DNA of 63,186 nt, counting the filler, from Octopus bimaculoides (lineage: Eukaryota), in NCBI RefSeq assembly GCF_001194135.2. It is 5 parts of 4 records of this genome, joined end to end, with 100 filler letters (N's around TTAATTAATTAA, not from the genome) between each part and the next. Parts side by side here need not be neighbours in the genome. Positions count along the whole stretch, not along the records: positions 20,542 to 31,881 come from NC_068996.1; positions 31,982 to 47,676 come from NC_068984.1; 3 more parts are not named here. The stretch is one strand, 5' to 3'. Position 1 is the stretch's first letter. The number at the start of each line of letters is the position of its first letter. A model generated the notes under the pieces. That model saw nothing but the letters and a program-made list of their open reading frames with translations. It searched no databases and was not told the DNA's origin. The translations under genes were made by a program, and so were the position numbers. Of this stretch, positions 24,465-36,611 are shown in pieces.

Positions 24465-25636
24465 TTAGTACGCCCACGGTCGCCACACATTTTCTTCACT
24501 TATGTGTTGCATAACAAGAGGCTCCAGAGCGACTGGATTGTTGTTATTATTATTATTATTATTATTAGTAGCAGTAGTGGTAGTAGTATTAGTAGTAGTA
24601 GTAGTAATATTATTGTTATTATTGTTATTGTTATCCAAATTGTATATCGGGTGTTCACTTAATGATGGAAATGTCGTTACTTTGGATGAAGGAAATGGTG
24701 GGGACATTTTTGAAGGCAACGATATTGAACTGATGTTCGGTTCACTACAGATCTGTAAATGATCCGAAAGAGATGGAACAACTGTGGTTGTGGTAATCTG
24801 AGGGTTTGTTGCATTTGATAAAACTTGGGAAATATTGGACGTATTCTGAATTGGCGTTACTGCACAGGTTTTCAAACCACTGGTAGCTACTTGTGGTAAA
24901 AAGGCCATCACGCTTGGAGTTGAAGAGACTGTTGTCGTCAACGGACTTACTGCTGGAGGTGTCGAGGCATATATTGGAATGATATAGCTTGGTTGCTGGG
25001 TTTGTGTTCCAGCCATTACATTTGCTGGAAAGACAAGAGCGACCTCTCCGGACGGTAGTTTTGTAGGAATGAGCTGGACTCCGCTAACGAACTTGGCTGT
25101 TTGCAATGGTGAGTTTGAAGTAAACGACAAACTCCCGTTCAGTGTGTTTGATATTGTTGTAGTGTTGGTGCTAGACGTACATGTACCTATTGATGTTGTT
25201 GTCGTTGTTGATGACGCTGCTGCTAGGGATGCTACAGGTGTTGTTGTACAGGCTTCTGTTGTTAGTACAATGGGCTTTGATGGAGGCGTTGGTACTGATG
25301 GTGCAGCTGCTGCTACTGTCAAAACAACGGGAGATGAAGACTGAGCTTTGGGTATTGAGATCTGTGGTGTTGAGGCACTTTTGGGAGATAATGTCGGAAT
25401 ATTTGGTGAAAGACATGAAGAACTTTCAGATACTGAAGATGAAGAGCTTATAGAACTGTTTGGTGTTGACGATGATCCATAGTTTGTCATATAACAGGCT
25501 AAATGATTGAGAAGGCGAGCTCTGACTTCTATGTTGACTTCATCAACTGAATTTAGGTAGCGGCTTACTTCTGTTGCACATTCATTGAATCCAAGGCGAT
25601 ATTTATTTATAATCGTAGGATCTTCATTAGCAGAAA
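24465..25636 (-). CDS. hairy: hairy/HES bHLH-Orange repressor, last coding exon (Orange, HC domain, WRPW)
   Basis: Acceptor TTTTTCAG at 25637. Orange domain KYRLGFNECATEVSRYL...RARLLNHL; hairy/deadpan-type GVQLIPTKLPSGEVALVFP; ends VWRPWAY-TAA. Confidence 0.95.
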
Positions 25637-25869
25637 CTGAAAAATAAATATAAAAGGAGATAAGATAAAATGTTGCTTTGGTAATTAGAGCATAAAACAC
25701 AGCTGGTGGCATCAACAATATAGAAAATGGTATAATGGTAAATATTTTATAGTTAGAGTGTATTGGGACATTTCTATTCTATGATTATTTTTGGTTATAA
25801 ATTACATACACAGAATTGGAATCTGATGTTAAAAGATTCTTTAGGAAGCCAAATGAGACCCTGTCTTAC

Positions 25870-26408
25870 ATTAACATAATTTCCTGTCATCCATTCATTG
25901 TGTTCGGGAATCTGATGAAAGGAACTAGCAGAAGAATTTCCAACCTATCCTGCAACCAGCAATATTTAATCATTGGATTAGTTATATGCTAACCGTACCA
26001 AGAGAAAATGCCACTGGAAAATGTTATGGTTCACACCACACTTCTTCCTAGTGTAAAAACTTGTGTGAACAAGATTTTGTTTAATTTAGTGGATAAACAC
26101 TTTCCCCATATGAATAAGTTGTATAAACTATTTAACAGGCAAACTTTAAGAGTTTCTTTTAGCTGTGCACCTTGTATAAAGAAATTACATGTAGGTAGGT
26201 CCACACCTGAAACTGAGGCAGGATGCTGATGAAAATACAATGCCACATATCCCTTTAACAGCCAGTGCAATGCAGTAACAGTTGTACATTAGGTAGAGAT
26301 GAGGTCAAAGAACCTCAGCAGGGAGCCAAGTGTGTGGAATTGTATTGGGTGTGATAGTAGGTCCTGTCAGGACTAGATTTAACAACCATAATCCCTCTTT
26401 TAATATCC

Positions 26409-26450
<42 letters not shown>

Positions 26451-26680
26451 CAATGTCATAGCCCTAGCTGTCATGTATGGACATTGAAGGAAAGTGCCAT
26501 GGATTACAACATCAAGTGGAGAGTGACGGAGAACTGCAAGCAGAAGGTGCAGGCTATGCTTAGGTGAGAAAAGAGTTATTTTATAAAACCCTCTTCCCCC
26601 AGACTGCAAAACTAAACTGCAAAAGCAAGAGTTTTCACTCATGCCTACATGAAGGAAAATACATGATCACTTACCTATGG
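25870..26680 (+). mobile_element. Penelope-like element 3' remnant (RT thumb/linker and GIY-YIG region) in HES intron
   Basis: Degenerate SRRISNLS, VKT.V.KILFNLVDKHFP...KLFNRQTLRVSFSC, CP.NSQC, HVWTLKE and CRLCLGEK. Confidence 0.75.
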
Positions 26681-27211
26681 GCTTCACCCTACCTATAAAC
26701 ACTAGGATCTTAAGTCCCTTTACCATCACAACCTGAGAACACAGTAAAGTTCTGACCACACCAAAATATACACATATAGGTATACACACCCACACATGAT
26801 GTTAAATCTTTGGGTTTCACTCAATTCTCTCCTCCAAATCCCTTATGCATATCAACCCCACTTTTGCTGGCAGTCATCACTAACTCTTGTTTCGGGGCAA
26901 GTGACATAACTCCTGATAGATCCCATCTTTTTATTACCTCCTGTGGGTCCATTTCGTCTTTTTTCACATTACCAAAACACCAGATGTGACACTTCCTCAC
27001 CTCCAGTAGCAGAGAGCAGTCAGCCCATTTTTTTTTCCATACCAGCTAACTCTGATGAACATAGCAGGTAATTAGATAGCTATTTAATATCTATCTTCTG
27101 CAAAACCAATTGGTAAGACTGGCTATTATGGATTTATAATACTGTATAATTTGATTCATTATATGTATGTGTATATGAGTGTGTGCATGTGTGTGTGTGT
27201 GCATGTGTAGT

Positions 27212-27257
<46 letters not shown>

Positions 27258-27389
27258 GAGCAGTTAATGTGTGTGTATATTTATGTCTGTGCATGTACAA
27301 AATACTAAGAGCAGCAACCTTGTGATAGCTTCAACTCGGTGGAATCTGGAGTGATTATTGTTTAAGTACAAAGTAATAATGGTGCATAC

Positions 27390-27477
27390 CTGAAAAGTGT
27401 TGTCGCTGTAATTGCCGCACATGTTTCACTGTCATTTCAAGAATATCTGCTTTTTCCATTTTACTGTGTCTAGCTCC
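27390..27477 (-). CDS. hairy: hairy/HES loop-helix 2 exon
   Basis: TTTTGTAG acceptor, G|GTATGC donor, 88 nt, phase 0 to 1. Reads GARHSKMEKADILEMTVKHVRQLQRQHFS and joins both neighbours in frame. Confidence 0.95.
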
Positions 27478-27918
27478 CTACAAAATACATAATCAGTCTC
27501 TATTATATATATATATATACACACGCACACACATACTTTTTAATGCACAATATATGGATTTAAATAATCCCATGGTAATTACACAAAAACCCCTTTGGTG
27601 AACCAGGCTACAAACCACATAGTAACCCAATACATAGGAATGTAATGTAGAGTCTTACGCAGTTGAAATCCAGTTAATCTAATCAGTGAAGATTAATTCA
27701 TGTGGAGTATAGAGGAGTGTATAGAATATAAAAATATGTTATGAGATGAATATATTTAATACACCAGTTGGTATCCATAAGATTATGATCTTTTCACAGT
27801 TGGTTGCAAAATAACCATAACCTTATGGATATCAACTGGTGACATAAATGTATTCATCTCATACCTCCTGACTTTCTTTATATTTATATTCCATATATAT
27901 ATATATATATATAATATA

Positions 27919-28116
27919 GGGAGAATTCACAGAAAAAAAACAAAAAGACAAAGACAGGCGGTGTAAACAACAAACAGATCTGTTAGTATAATGCTTGGGA
28001 AGTGAAAAAGTCTTTAATGTTTTGAGCCTACGCTCTTCCACAGAAAAAAAACACAGAAAGAAACAAGGAGAGAAAATAAAGAATGTGTAGTGGCTAGCAA
28101 TCTATCATGGCGAATG
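27919..28116 (-). mobile_element. Penelope-like terminal repeat family with hammerhead-like fold (copies also 33849-33950 and 49056-49240)
   Basis: Three mutually similar copies next to (TA)n tracts. Minus strand reads CTGTGGA-A-GAGC-GTAG-GCTC-(G/A)AAAC. Confidence 0.6.
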
Positions 28117-28120
28117 TATA

Positions 28121-28156
<36 letters not shown>

Positions 28157-28619
28157 CATCATCATATGTGCCCACTTTCCATATGTCATCACAGTCAGAG
28201 TGGCAAATATTTAGAGACACAACCTGAAGACATATGTATATGTATATACAGATTGAGAGATAAATCTACAGATAGATATATGTGTGTGTAGTATGGATAA
28301 TTTTTTCCATTACTTCCCCTCCCCCAAACTGATGTTCAGAGCATCCAACTTAATGCCCCAGCTATAATCACCTCTCATGTTTCACACTATCATGCTAAAC
28401 AAAACCATCATGTTCAGTTCCTTAATCCCTGTTCCTTTTTTTTCTTTTTTGCATATTCACCTTATATCCTGATCTCACCTCTTTCTCTCCCTCTTTCCAG
28501 ATGAGGAAACTATGTGTTCACCCTCAACAAGACTCCAGCTCCTGTCACCCCTGTCTTTGTTTCATATCCCTCTATATGCGACCACATTCAATTGATTTGT
28601 CTTGTCATGTGGGTTCTTG

Positions 28620-29640
28620 GAGCCTTCATCAGAGCTGGTGCTCTGAAAAATGGTGTGAAGTAGTTGGCGTTAGGAAGGGCATCAAACTGTAGAAACCATG
28701 CCAAAGCAAAAATTGGAGCTCTCTGCCTTCTCAGTTCATATCAAACCACCCCACCCATGACAGTATAGGAAATGGAGTGTTAAATGATGATGATGAAAAT
28801 CGTGTGTGTGAGTGCCGCTGAACTGGCTCCTGTGCAGGTGGCACATAAAATACACCATTTTGAGCGTGGCCGTTGCCAGTACCACCTGACTGGCCTTCAT
28901 GCCAGTGGCACGTAAAAAGCACCCACTACACACTCGGAGTGGTTGGCATTAGAAGGGCATCCAGCTGTAGAAACTCTNNNNNNNNNNCTACACACTCGGA
29001 GTGGTTGGCATTAGAAGGGCATCCAGCTGTAGAAACTCTACCAGATCAGATTGGAGCCTGGTGTAGCCATCTGGTTTTACCAGTCCTCAGTCAAATCGTC
29101 CAACCCATGCTAGCATGGAAAGCGGATGTTAAACGACAATGATGATGATGATGACATGTATACTTTACTTATATATATAGATATTCTGCTATAAGGTACA
29201 CAGGAGAAGATGCTGGACATCACTTTTGTAAACAGGGAGAGTGACTACATTTGTAGGGGAGTAGGATTGCCTTTGAGAAGCAGACATGACCACATGGTCA
29301 TATGAAAGACATACTTTCCTGCCCTTTGTAGGAAAGGGTTCATGTATTCCATATATTTACCAGCACGTTTCAACACGGGGTATGCATGGGATACATCTTA
29401 ATCAGTTGCCTGACCATGTTGTACAAGACATTTTTCCTGAGTCTCAACATAGCTTTTGGTGAAATCAAGGTACAGCTGACATGATCTTTATCATCATCAT
29501 CATCGTTTAACGTCCGCTTTCCATGCTAGCATGGGTTGGACGATTTGACTGAGGACTGGTGAAACCGGATGGCAACACCAGGCTCCAGTCTGATTTGGCA
29601 GAGTTTCTACAGCTGGATGCCCTTCCTAACGCCAACCACT

Positions 29641-29687
<47 letters not shown>

Positions 29688-29941
29688 CTGTGAAGAGTCT
29701 GGCATTTAGAAGCACATCCAGCTGTAAAGACCTTACCAAAACTGACCTCACCTATTCTGGTTCCACGTAAAATGCATTCAGTCCACTCTGCAGGGTGGTT
29801 GGTGTTAGGAAGGGCATCCAGTCATAAAAAAACCATGTCAAAACAGACACAATAGCCTGGTGTAGTCTTCTACATGGCTGGCTCCTGTCAAACCGTCTAA
29901 CCCATGCCAGCATGGAAGGAGGACGTTAAATGATGATGATA
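28620..29941. repeat. Cluster of (CAT)n-tailed repeat copies in both orientations (28620-29155, 29490-29641, 29690-29941)
   Basis: 29490-29641 appears identical to about 31601-31752. 28990-29150 and 29806-29941 are reverse-complement copies. Confidence 0.85.
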
Positions 29942-30044
29942 TACTTACAAACAAACATATGAGAATTCACATCATGTTAAATAAAACAACAAAAATAGGA
30001 ACAATGAAGTTGTAAACAATTCCTCATTTTATAAAGACATTTAC

Positions 30045-30140
30045 CTCTTTTTTCATAACTTCTAATAGAAGAGCTTTCAATTCAGCTAAACTTGCATTCA
30101 TTCTCGCTCTTCTTCGCTTTTCCATGATTGGCTTGGAGCT
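30045..30140 (-). CDS. hairy: hairy/HES basic-helix 1 exon
   Basis: TTTTCACAG acceptor, GAG|GTAAAT donor, 96 nt, phase 0 to 0. Reads [32 protein letters not shown], with the HES-diagnostic proline in the basic region. Confidence 0.95.
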
Positions 30141-30166
30141 CTGTGAAAATAGGAGAGTAAATTATC

Positions 30167-30211
<45 letters not shown>

Positions 30212-30825
30212 TATAATGATAATAATAATAATGATAATGATAATGATGGTGTTTATGATTTCTTCTAGATAGTTATATATTTCNNNNNNNNNNNNNNNNN
30301 NNNNNNNNNNNNNNNNNNNNNNNNNNNNNNNNNNNNNNNNNNNNNNNNNNNNNNNNNNNNNNNNNNNNNNNNNNNNNNNNNNNNNNNNNNNNNNNNNNNN
30401 NNNNNNNNNNNNNNNNNNNNNNNNNNNNNNNNNNNNNNNNNNNNNNNNNNNNNNNNNNNNNNNNNNNNNNNNNNNNNNNNNNNNNNNNNNNNNNNNNNNN
30501 NNNNNNNNNNNNNNNNNNNNNNNNNNNNNNNNNNNNNNNNNNNNNNNNNNNNNNNNNNNNNNNNNNNNNNNNNNNNNNNNNNNNNNNNNNNNNNNNNNNN
30601 NNNNNNNNNNNNNNNNNNNNNNNNNNNNNNNNNNNNNNNNNNNNNNNNNNNNNNNNNNNNNNNNNNNNNNNNNNNNNNNNNNNNNNNNNNNNNNNNNNNN
30701 NNNNNNNNNNNNNNNNNNNNNNNNNNNNNNNNNNNNNNNNNNNNNNNNNNNNNNNNNNNNNNNNNNNNNNNNNNNNNNNNNNNNNNNNNNNNNNNNNNNN
30801 NNNNNNNNNNNNNNNNNNNNNNNNN

Positions 30826-31565
30826 TTAAATACATGTTTCACCTGTGAATTTGCGCGTGTAAACTGGGAATGCATACGAGTTTCTCTGCTCTAGGTGTAC
30901 GGAAAACACTTGGTGAGAAATGGAAGAAAATTTGAAGAAAGAAGAAAAAAAAACAACATAATAATAATAATAATATGTACAGACCAGACTATCAAAGCTG
31001 ATAAACCAGATATTGTTGTGAAAGACCAAAACAAATAAAATCTGTTTATTGATTGACATGAGCATATGTTGTGATCATAATATCTCGGCAAAAGAATTTG
31101 ATAAGCTCAGAAAGTATAAAGATTTGCTGTTTGAAATTGAAAAGATGTGCCATCTCAAGATGGTTACAATACCAGTGATTGTAGGAACATTTGGAATGAT
31201 CAATAAGAGGAACTGAAAATTATTTTAGAATGATCCCTGGCTCATGATCCATGCAGGAAGTGCAAAAGACTGTCTTAATCGGCAAGTCACACGTATTGAG
31301 AGGAGCATTGTCGCTGAGAATTCTCTTTCCTTTTTTCTTTTTCTTTTCTTTGTTTACTTTTACTATTTTTCCTCTTTTTTTTTCTTATTCCATTTCTTCT
31401 CTGTCTTTCTTCCCCTGTTTCCTTATCACATGACTTGGTAAATGAACAATCTGGTGTCTTTATTTTAATGGCTTACTGATGTATACAGTGAATTTCTCTG
31501 CCCTGGGTGTCAGGAAGACACTCAGCAAGAAATGGAAACAAAATTGAAAGAAGATGACAATGATT

Positions 31566-31597
<32 letters not shown>
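30826..31597 (+). mobile_element. R4/Dong-like non-LTR retrotransposon 3' ends (restriction-like endonuclease), two stacked copies with (TAA)n tails
   Basis: TDQTIKADKPDIVVKD...LLIDMS...KLRKYKDL..EIEK...IPVIVG (PD-D/ExK REL motif). The 3' UTR before the TAA run at 31558 resembles 30860-30973. Confidence 0.8.
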
Positions 31598-31881
31598 CAT
31601 CATCATCATCATCATCGTTTAACGTCCGCTTTCCATGCTAGCATGGGTTGGACGATTTGACTGAGGACTGGTGAAACCGGATGGCAACACCAGGCTCCAG
31701 TCTGATTTGGCAGAGTTTCTACAGCTGGATGCCCTTCCTAACGCCAACCACTCAGAGAGTGTAGTGGGTGCTTTTACGTGTCACCCGCACGAAAACGGCC
31801 ACGCTCGAAATGGTGTCTTTTATGTGCCACCCGCACAAGAGCCAGTCCAGGGGCACTGGCAACGATCTCGCTCGAAAACCC
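31598..31881. repeat. Young (CAT)n-tailed repeat copy truncated by a gap
   Basis: First about 150 bp match 29490-29641 with no visible mismatch. Confidence 0.85.
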
Positions 31882-31981
31882 NNNNNNNNNNNNNNNNNNN
31901 NNNNNNNNNNNNNNNNNNNNNNNNNTTAATTAATTAANNNNNNNNNNNNNNNNNNNNNNNNNNNNNNNNNNNNNNNNNNNN

Positions 31982-32033
<52 letters not shown>

Positions 32034-32327
32034 ATTTTAAGAAAAAGTAGTATCGAATAAAATTGAAATTGATTTGCATTTTCTAACAACAGAGAATCCC
32101 TGACAACTACAAGTCGGTAACACAACATTTAAAATAAAATAACATCTACTTAACCGGACACGGACACATATATAGATACATGGACACACTAACACGTATA
32201 CACATGTACATAACCGTATATCCTTTTAAAGAATTTCAGTCATTTAAGAGTCACAATATCAAGGTCACGCAGTGCCATCTAAAACATAATCGATTGTGTT
32301 AATTCCCAATATATATTTCATAGGCAT

Positions 32328-32335
32328 CGTGGGAA
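32328..32335 (+). promoter_or_regulatory. Single consensus Su(H)/CSL site CGTGGGAA
   Basis: Exact YGTGRGAA match about 2.2 kb upstream of the first located HES exon, near GGGGCGGGG (32351) and CACGTG (32501). It lies across a linker join. Confidence 0.3.
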
Positions 32336-32996
32336 GGAAAGATTTAGTGTGGGGCGGGGATATAAATCACATCATAAAGATAGTTAATCAGTTAACATAT
32401 ATATTTTGACCTATTCTGCTCAATCAAACCTTCATTCATTTTCTTTTCAATAAATATGTAATATTTGTAGAAAGAATGTACTAAACAAAACAGGAGGAGA
32501 CACGTGGGATGTAGAGTGTCTGAAAAGGTCACAGGATGTGTGACGAAAGATTACCACACAACAGTAATAAATCTGTGAAGAAGTGAAGAACATATATATA
32601 GTGCAGGTCTATCCTCAGCTGCATAAATAAATAAAAAGATTTTATTTAATCAGTTGGAGATGTTTGTATAATTTAACTTAAATCCTCTAAGAGGGTCAGA
32701 AGACAGACAAAGTCCATGCTGTTTTCACTTCAGCTTAGAAGCTTCTAAGACATCAGGAAAAAAATTTGTTAGTGTCAAAGCTTGTCACGGATATATAATG
32801 AAAAAGACATGAGCGCGACCAGTTTTAACAAATGCTATATAAGTTTATATATACATACATACATACATCATACATACATATATGTATACATATATATATA
32901 TATATCAATACATTTATTAATATATATGTGTGTGTGCATATGTGTATATATATATATGTATATATATATAATATATATATATATAATGCATATACT

Positions 32997-33390
32997 CTTT
33001 TACTTGTTTCAGTCTTTTAACTGCGGCCATGCTGGAGCACCGCCTTTAGTCGAGCAAATCGACCCCAGGACTTATTCTTTAGAAGCCTAGTACTTATTCT
33101 ATCGGTCTCTTTTGCCGAACCGCTAAGTTACGGGGACATAAACACACCAGCATCGGTTGTCAAGCGATGTTGGGGGGACAAACACAGACACACAAACACA
33201 TACATACATATATATATACATATATACGACGGGCTTCTTTCAGTTTCCGTCTACCAAATCCACTCACAAGGCTTTGGTCGGCCCGAGGCTATAGTAGAAG
33301 ACACTTGCCCAAGATGCCACGCAGTGGGACTGAACCCGGGACCATGTGGTTGGTAAGCAAGCTACTTACCACACAGCCACTCCTACGCCT
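32997..33390 (-). mobile_element. tRNA-derived SINE, well-preserved copy
   Basis: Head GTGGCTGTGTGGTAAGTAGCTTGCTTACCAACCACATGGTCCCGGGTTCAGTCCC; homologous to 6075-6472. Confidence 0.8.
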
Positions 33391-33421
33391 ATGTATATAT
33401 ATATAATTTATATATAATGTA

Positions 33422-33740
33422 TACCCTGCACCCGGATATGTCTCCGTAAACAATAACTCTCTACATGAGTGGACCATGGTGTCCGAATCCTGATTTGGAT
33501 GACATCGCCAGGTGGTTAGACATGATACCTTGATACTTTGATAGGTTTCGGCCAATGTTGACCCTGGCCATATCTAGCTTATAGCACCACCTGGCGAAGT
33601 CATTCAAATCAAGATTCTGACACCAAAGCCCACTCAAGTAGAGAGTTATTGTTTACAGAGACATATCCAGGTGTAGGAGGTTTATCCGGGATTTCTTGAA
33701 GAAATTTGTCCAAAGACTTCTTGAAATTTATGGGGTCTGT
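33422..33740. mobile_element. Two CR1-like LINE 3' ends arranged tail to tail
   Basis: 33428-33515 and 33587-33674 are imperfect reverse complements, and both match the LINE tail at 47330-47465. Confidence 0.8.
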
Positions 33741-33814
33741 TTCTGTTTTAATGTGTTTTGGTGTAATGTTAAAGAGAGCGGGTTCAATTGTGGTGAAATG
33801 ATTGTGCCGTATTG

Positions 33815-33850
<36 letters not shown>

Positions 33851-34038
33851 GAGAATTTACGAAGAAAACAACAAAAGACGAGGACAGGTGGTGTAAACAA
33901 CAAAAGGATGTATTAGTTTAACGCTCGGGAATAGAGAAAGTCTTTAACGTATATATACAAATTTATGTGTGTGTGTATGTATTATATATGTATGTATATA
34001 TAGAGATATAGACATTGATATATTTTCTTAGATATATA

Positions 34039-34284
34039 CAGGGTGGGCCAAAATTAGGTAAACACTCTTAAAATGAACTTATTTGTTTTTTACAGGTACC
34101 GTGAATAATGTGCTGTGTGTTACAGTGTTCTGGGACGTTTGATGAATGTTTCCATGTTGAAGGAAGACATTTCGACCATTTACGAGATTAAACTGTGTTT
34201 CATAAATGTAATTGTAATAAATGAGTGTAAAAGTAATAAAATGAAAGAATTTCAAAAGTGTATAGCTACTTTTGGCTCATCCTG
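34039..34284 (+). mobile_element. Tc1/mariner MITE (deletion derivative)
   Basis: TIRs CAGGGTGGGCCAAAATTAG / CTACTTTTGGCTCATCCTG with TA on both sides. The interior retains a VEGRHFDHL-like transposase end. Confidence 0.85.
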
Positions 34285-34289
34285 TACAT

Positions 34290-34487
34290 ACGCAAAAAAT
34301 ACATACAGACACAAACACCCAGATATGCACGTACACACAAATACACACACATACATATACACACATATACACACATATATACACATATACATACATGCAT
34401 ATACACACGTGCGCGCACACACACACACACATACACACATGTATATATACATGTATGTATGTGTGTATATATATGTGTGTATGTTCA

Positions 34488-34565
<78 letters not shown>

Positions 34566-34884
34566 GGTGCACGTGCATATATGCGTGTGTGAATAAGTGT
34601 GTGCGCGTGTGTATGTGTGTGAAAAACATAACCTCTACTTTTGTCATCTTTTTACCAAAGTATTTTCATGTTTTCGTATGGGGTTCATAGCAGTTTATTC
34701 GCAACGTTAAGTATTTTCTAAATTCCAGATTTTCCGACCTGAATAATCTTATGTCCAAGATGACATGGCGTTCAAGTATATTGTTTGCCTTTTATAGTAT
34801 GTAGGCCCAAGGTGATTCGTGTAGGCATTACCAGTAGAATTTTATTTTTGACGATAAATTTGAACATCATCAGTTACCTGTTAT

Positions 34885-34916
<32 letters not shown>

Positions 34917-35131
34917 GTAGATAGATAGATAGATAGATCAATAGATAAATAGATAGACAGACAGAGAGACAAATAGATGCACATACACACATATATGCAC
35001 ACGAGTTTTTAGATGTCTATACGTACACATGCAAGTACCTAAATATATATATGCGTGTCTATATATCCATGAGTGTATGTAAATAAATGTGTATGTATAT
35101 ATAAATGTAAAATTCATAGATACTTATAAAG

Positions 35132-35178
<47 letters not shown>

Positions 35179-36294
35179 TTAGTTGAATATCTATAATGTA
35201 TATATATATACATTAGTTGAATATCTATATATGTAATACTTATGTATATACATATATTAACTTGCATCCGTTTTAGTACGCGTGTATATTCGCATGTATA
35301 CACATAAACATCTAAATATGCTTGTGTGTGTACTCACATGCACATATGTAATTACAATATTATAAATTATAATCAAGATTTGTACGTATTTATATAATGT
35401 TAGTTACACACCCTTTAATTTCTGATTTAAAATCCAAGTGAGGTCGTCATTACCTCTAACATTCTAAAAATCTGTAAAGTATATAAAAATATATACTTCA
35501 GACAACATTATCGCCGATGTGACTATCCTAAACTTTGTGCCATTCATTCTGTTATAGAAATAAATAAAATATCGTCGTTGTTAAGGCAGTGAACGCCAGA
35601 ACGTCCGGTGAATGCTGAAAAATGCATTTTAGCATTTTGTTATTCGCCATGACTATCTTAATTTGAATTCCGATGTATCGATTCCAACTTTCGCTAAAAT
35701 ATTTACTATTCAAATAAGGTCCTGTTAGTACAACAGTTTTGACCTTGTTGTAGTGTTAGAAGGAGTTAATTTTATTTTATACCTGAATGTGTTGAGGAAT
35801 TATTATTGTGTTAGAGGATATGTTAATTAACAAATAGTATGTTTCTATTAGTATTAATAAAAATAATATATTACTAATATCTATTAGCAAGTTTAAATGA
35901 TATAATCATAAATATAATCACCGTTATTCAATATCTTACATATGAAATAATCCTACATTTGCTGAATTTTAAAAAAATTATTAGAAATAAACTATAAAAT
36001 TAATATGCATAAGTGATAAGTAAAAAAGAAAATTATCAAATATATTCACGGAATTTAATGCTTTTTAATCCTGAATTCTATGTACGTCTATAAGTATTTC
36101 TATCAATTCGTAATTAAATATTTTCTAATTACTTCTAAATTTCGATGTACATACACGCATAATTCTTTGAAATACTGTAATGATAAGTGAAAATAAAGAC
36201 AAATAAAAAGTGTTCTATAAATTTCTTCACAGTTTCTGTCATTCTGTTTCTGGCTAATTTTCTGTGCGTATGCATTTATGTGTGCATACGAATG

Positions 36295-36358
<64 letters not shown>

Positions 36359-36575
36359 TACATTCATACATACATAAATCAATACATATATGTGTATATA
36401 TATACTCCTATATATATGTGTGTGTGTATATCTCTATAAATATAAATATATATACATACATACATATGTATACATATGTTCATATATTTCTGAATGAATT
36501 TGCATGTATACATGTATATATGCATGTTTGATACTTGTAATTTTTATGTATATTCACACATACATACATGTACAC

Positions 36576-36611
<36 letters not shown>

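Noticed and set aside
28927-29039. About 50-bp direct repeat
   Set aside because: Identical sequence on both sides of a 10-N gap; contig-overlap artefact.
30830-30900. CACGCG, CAGGTG and TGGGAA motifs as a HES proximal promoter
   Set aside because: The segment runs into and resembles the 3' UTR of the R4/Dong-like element (compare 31470-31560), so it is probably TE-derived.
32303-32335. Su(H) paired site (TTCCCAAT-17 bp-CGTGGGAA)
   Set aside because: The orientation is the reverse of the canonical head-to-head SPS, and one half-site is imperfect.
35454-35471. 18-nt microexon candidate (IFRMLE) as a GRL or srGAP exon
   Set aside because: Too short to distinguish from chance; no homology support.
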